Source: Gemmatimonas sp. (GTDB taxonomy: Bacteria > Gemmatimonadota > Gemmatimonadetes > Gemmatimonadales > Gemmatimonadaceae). Taken from it: 64,000 nt of DNA. The translations under genes were made by a program, and so were the position numbers. Positions 60,670-64,000 of this stretch are shown here, one piece after another. The stretch covers positions 992,001 through 1,056,000 of the forward strand of contig OZ257156.1 in the NCBI GenBank assembly GCA_965279375.1, read 5' to 3'. The notes below the pieces were generated by a model. It was not told the DNA's origin, searched no databases, and saw nothing but the letters and a program-made list of their open reading frames with translations. The number at the start of each line of letters is the position of its first letter. Positions within the stretch are counted from its first letter, which is position 1.

Positions 60670-62568
60670 TTATCGTGTGATCATTCGTTCCTGCGCGGCG
60701 CGGAGCGCGTCGATGAGCGCACGCCTGCTGAACGGCTTCTGCAGAAATTCTACCTCGCGAATGGTCTGCACGCGACCGTCCACGCTCGCATCGAATCCGG
60801 AGAAGACAACGACTGGGCACTGAGGTGCACGGGCGCGAAGTCGCTCGATCAGACCGATGCCATCGAGTCCCGGCATTCGGATGTCGGTCAGGACCACGGC
60901 GATCGGCGCCGTGGACTCGCAGAACTGCCGCCAGCCTTCTTCGCCATTGTCCGCCACCAGCACCTTCCACCCTTGGCTCTTGAGCATGCGGGCTGTGGTA
61001 CCGCGGACCAGCGCATCGTCGTCCACCAGGAGGACCGTGCGGGGGGCGTCCGTTGCATCCTCGTGAGGCGGCGGCGGAGAGCTGGCCGACTTCTGGCTGA
61101 GCGGCAACACGACCCGCAATGTCGTTCCGGCCCCCACACAGCTCTCTGCGGTGATCGTGCCACCGGCTTGCGTCACCACTCCGTACGCGACGGCGAGACC
61201 CAGCCCGTTCCCTTCGCCTAACGGCTTGGTGGTAAAGAAGGGTTCGAACGCGCGGGCCAGCGTTTCGCCGTCCATGCCGACGCCCGAGTCGCGCACGACC
61301 AGTTCGGCGGTGTGCTGCGTGTCGTCAACAGCGACGCTGATCGCGAGCGTACCACCGTGCGGCATGGCATCTCGTGCGTTGAGCACGAGGTTGAGCAGTA
61401 CCTGCTCGAGCTGTCCGCGGTCCGCCTCAACCACTGCCGGTTTGGCGCCGTGGCTGAGGACAAGCGTGACGCCCATTGGGAGCGTCGAGCGAAACAATGG
61501 CTCCGTTTCGGCGACCAGCGCGGCGAGGTCAAGCTGCTCGCGAACGAGAGGCTGTCGTCGACTGAAGGCAAGCAGTTGCTGCGTCAGTCGCGCGGCTCGT
61601 GCGGTTGTCTCCTGCGCAGTGCGCAAGTCCTCGACAGATGCGGCGTCTGCCGGCAACTGCTCGACGGCGAGATCGATCGTGTTGCGAATGGTGGCGAGCA
61701 GATTGTTGAAGTCATGGGCGAGTCCACCGGCAAGCTGACCGACGGCCTCCATCTTCTGCGCGAGGTGCAGTCGACGCTGCAACTCCTCGCGCTCGCGTTC
61801 CATCTCGCGTTGGCGCGAGAGATCGTGCCAGGCCACCACAGAGATGCGACGGTTGTCCATCGTGGCATGCTGCACACTGACGCGGACGGGAACGATCTGA
61901 CCATTGGTGCTTCGGTGCTCCCAATCGAACGAGAGCTGCCCGTGTGCCTTGGTCAAGGCGCCGATCGCCCGGGACTTTTCGTCGGAGCGCTGGCCGTCCG
62001 GTTGCAACACCGGTGAGAACTCGGCGGGACGCCGTCCGATCAGCTCCGCCTTGTCGGCGAGACCGAGCAGTCGCAACGCCGCCGGATTGCAATCGAGCAC
62101 ACCGGTATCGTCGGCGAGGAGCAGTCCGTCTTGCGCGTGCTCAAAGATCAGTCGGAACCGTTGCTCCGCCTGCTTTCGCTCTGAGATGTCCTGCCCGATC
62201 GCCAGAATACCCGATGGCGTGCCGTCGGCGTCGAGGATGCGCGTGACGTTCCAGATCAACGTGCGCACCGACCCATCGGGGAGGATGGAATCGTCTTCGA
62301 AGTTGAGTGTCAGCTTGCCGGCGAGGACCTGCTCGATGTCGGCAGCGACAGCGGCCCGATGGGCCTCAACAATGAATGTTGCGATGTAGTTGAGGCCGAT
62401 CGCCTGCTCGCGCGGCGTCTGGTAGAGCACTTCCGCGGCCCGGTTCCACGCGAAGATCGTGTGATCTGGGCGTAGCCCGAGAATGACACTTCCGGCGGTG
62501 TCGACGACAGCGCGAAGAAGCATCGAATCCGCCGGCTGGCCATCGGCGAGAAACGAACTGAGTGGCAT
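60670..62568 (-). CDS. PAS-domain hybrid sensor histidine kinase/response regulator
   Basis: Two PAS domains, AHDFNNLL H-box, NLVLNARDA, DSGVGM, FEPFFTTK, GLGL, receiver LLVDD...TDIRMP...KP. Start ATG 62568. Confidence 0.95.
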   Translation of the reverse strand: MPLSSFLADGQPADSMLLRAVVDTAGSVILGLRPDHTIFAWNRAAEVLYQTPREQAIGLNYIATFIVEAHRAAVAADIEQVLAGKLTLNFEDDSILPDGSVRTLIWNVTRILDADGTPSGILAIGQDISERKQAEQRFRLIFEHAQDGLLLADDTGVLDCNPAALRLLGLADKAELIGRRPAEFSPVLQPDGQRSDEKSRAIGALTKAHGQLSFDWEHRSTNGQIVPVRVSVQHATMDNRRISVVAWHDLSRQREMEREREELQRRLHLAQKMEAVGQLAGGLAHDFNNLLATIRNTIDLAVEQLPADAASVEDLRTAQETTARAARLTQQLLAFSRRQPLVREQLDLAALVAETEPLFRSTLPMGVTLVLSHGAKPAVVEADRGQLEQVLLNLVLNARDAMPHGGTLAISVAVDDTQHTAELVVRDSGVGMDGETLARAFEPFFTTKPLGEGNGLGLAVAYGVVTQAGGTITAESCVGAGTTLRVVLPLSQKSASSPPPPHEDATDAPRTVLLVDDDALVRGTTARMLKSQGWKVLVADNGEEGWRQFCESTAPIAVVLTDIRMPGLDGIGLIERLRARAPQCPVVVFSGFDASVDGRVQTIREVEFLQKPFSRRALIDALRAAQERMITR

Positions 62569-62704
62569 GGTCGAGAGTGAGCTTTCGCACCGTTGCACCA
62601 TGCCGGCGTCGACATGATCCGGTCCGCCGCGACGCGCAACGAACTCAGCCAATGTACAGCGTCCGGCGCATGCTCGCGCGCGGATGCTGCTTTGGTGGAG
62701 AAGC

Positions 62705-64000
62705 TTATCGCGCGAGTTGTTGCTTGAGCGCCTTGAATGCGGCGATGCGCGTGGTCGCCGCTTGCACCATGGCATCCGTTGCTGGCGCATCACCATCCTG
62801 CAGCGCGTCGATCACCGCTTGGTATGTGGACGCGATGCCGCCAAAGCCCTGCGGACCTGCGAGATCGGTCTTCCCCTTGGCGCGTGCGCTGGCGGCGAGT
62901 GCCGGCGCTTCGAGCATCGCGTCGTAGAGTGCGACGGAGAGATCATGCTGCTGCTTGAGCGCGGCAAGTGGCGTTTTTACGCGCGGGTCCATGCGTACGG
63001 TGAAGGTCTGCGTCTGCACCGCACCATCCACCGTGAGTCGCGCCGTGTAGGTCCCCGGCATCACCCACGGTCCTTCGGGCTCGCACTTGGTGTTGTAGGG
63101 CGTCGCCGAGATGGGGAGCGAGCAGCTGTCGTTGGGGCGCGCGTAGTGCAGGTCCCACGTGAACCGCTGCAGGCCGGCCTTGGCGGACGGTGCAGCGGCT
63201 GGGCGGAACCAGTACCATGGCCAGTTGCCTGCGTCGGCGGGCGCGGGCGTCGGATCGGTGTTGGCGAAGGTCTGCAGGACGCGACCTGCGGCGTTGAGAA
63301 TCTCGAGCTTCACCGACTGCGCGTCGCGCGCGAGATAGTAGTCGATCATCGCGCCATCGGGCGGATTCTCGGCGCGCGGTTCATCCGGCGGTACCGGTGT
63401 GTCGGTGTACATCGAGTAGCGCACACGTGTCGCAACCGCAGGCGCAAACAGCGTGGCCGCGGCCGACTCGGTACTCCCCTTCCACTGCCGCAGCGCGGTG
63501 ATGTTGTCGAGAATCCAGAAGCCGCGGCCGTGCGTGCCGACAGCGATGTCATCGTCCTTGACGATCAGATCGCGAATGGAGATCGCCGGCATGTTGGCGC
63601 GCAGCGAGTGCCAGTGGTCGCCGTCGTCGAGGGAGAACCAGACCTGGTTTTCACTGCCGGCGTAGAGCAATCCCGGGCGCTTGGGATCTTCGCGCACGAC
63701 GTTGATCGGTGCATCGGTGGCGATGCCGTTCACGATCTCCGTCCACGTCTTGCCGCCGTCCTTGGTGCGGAAGATGTGCGGACGCAGGTCGTCGAGACGC
63801 AGCGTGTTGATGGCCGCGTACGCGGTGTTGGCGCTGGTGTGCGACGCGTCCATGATGGAGACCTTCCACCACGGTCCGATCTGCGGAGGCGTGACGTTGC
63901 TCCACGTCTTGCCGCCGTTGCGCGTGACGTGAATCAGGCCGTCGTCGGTGCCGGCCCAGATCGTGTTGGAGTCCACGTAGCTGGGCGCAACGGTGTACAC
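62705..64000 (-). CDS. VPS10/BNR-repeat glycosyl hydrolase-like protein (5' truncated by window edge)
   Basis: TRNGGKTW, TKDGGKTW, SLDDGDHW, THGRGFWILD. Paralogue of 21081..24359. Confidence 0.9.
   Translation of the reverse strand: MYTVAPSYVDSNTIWAGTDDGLIHVTRNGGKTWSNVTPPQIGPWWKVSIMDASHTSANTAYAAINTLRLDDLRPHIFRTKDGGKTWTEIVNGIATDAPINVVREDPKRPGLLYAGSENQVWFSLDDGDHWHSLRANMPAISIRDLIVKDDDIAVGTHGRGFWILDNITALRQWKGSTESAAATLFAPAVATRVRYSMYTDTPVPPDEPRAENPPDGAMIDYYLARDAQSVKLEILNAAGRVLQTFANTDPTPAPADAGNWPWYWFRPAAAPSAKAGLQRFTWDLHYARPNDSCSLPISATPYNTKCEPEGPWVMPGTYTARLTVDGAVQTQTFTVRMDPRVKTPLAALKQQHDLSVALYDAMLEAPALAASARAKGKTDLAGPQGFGGIASTYQAVIDALQDGDAPATDAMVQAATTRIAAFKALKQQLAR

Overview
A GC-rich, gene-dense bacterial chromosomal window. 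The many secreted proteins (two BNR/VPS10 propeller hydrolases, a propeller-amidohydrolase, a DUF5916-type protein, a secreted M24 peptidase) look Gemmatimonadota-like, which is an inference. About 48 protein-coding genes are supported, mostly catabolic, envelope and regulatory. They include argG, a GH3 beta-glucosidase, a sugar isomerase-like/Gfo-Idh-MocA pair, an ABC permease-M1 aminopeptidase fusion with its ATPase and a LysR, a multicopper oxidase, a co-directional run (Mo-oxidoreductase, GMC oxidase, MarR, serine:glyoxylate aminotransferase-like, hydroxypyruvate reductase-like, esterase), RecQ and a PAS hybrid kinase. I saw no rRNA, tRNA, CRISPR array, integrase or transposase. The best leads are: (i) a coupled SdpA-like + HTTM/vitamin-K-carboxylase-like gene pair with no evident substrate peptide; (ii) the ABC permease-M1 peptidase exporter; (iii) two small regulons whose palindromic operators can be read directly (GntR/LacI hybrid, TetR); (iv) three related hairpins downstream of genes; (v) a one-base frameshift in the DUF5916-type gene; (vi) a Tat-exported HisC-like aminotransferase. 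All family calls come from motif recognition by eye, not from database searches.
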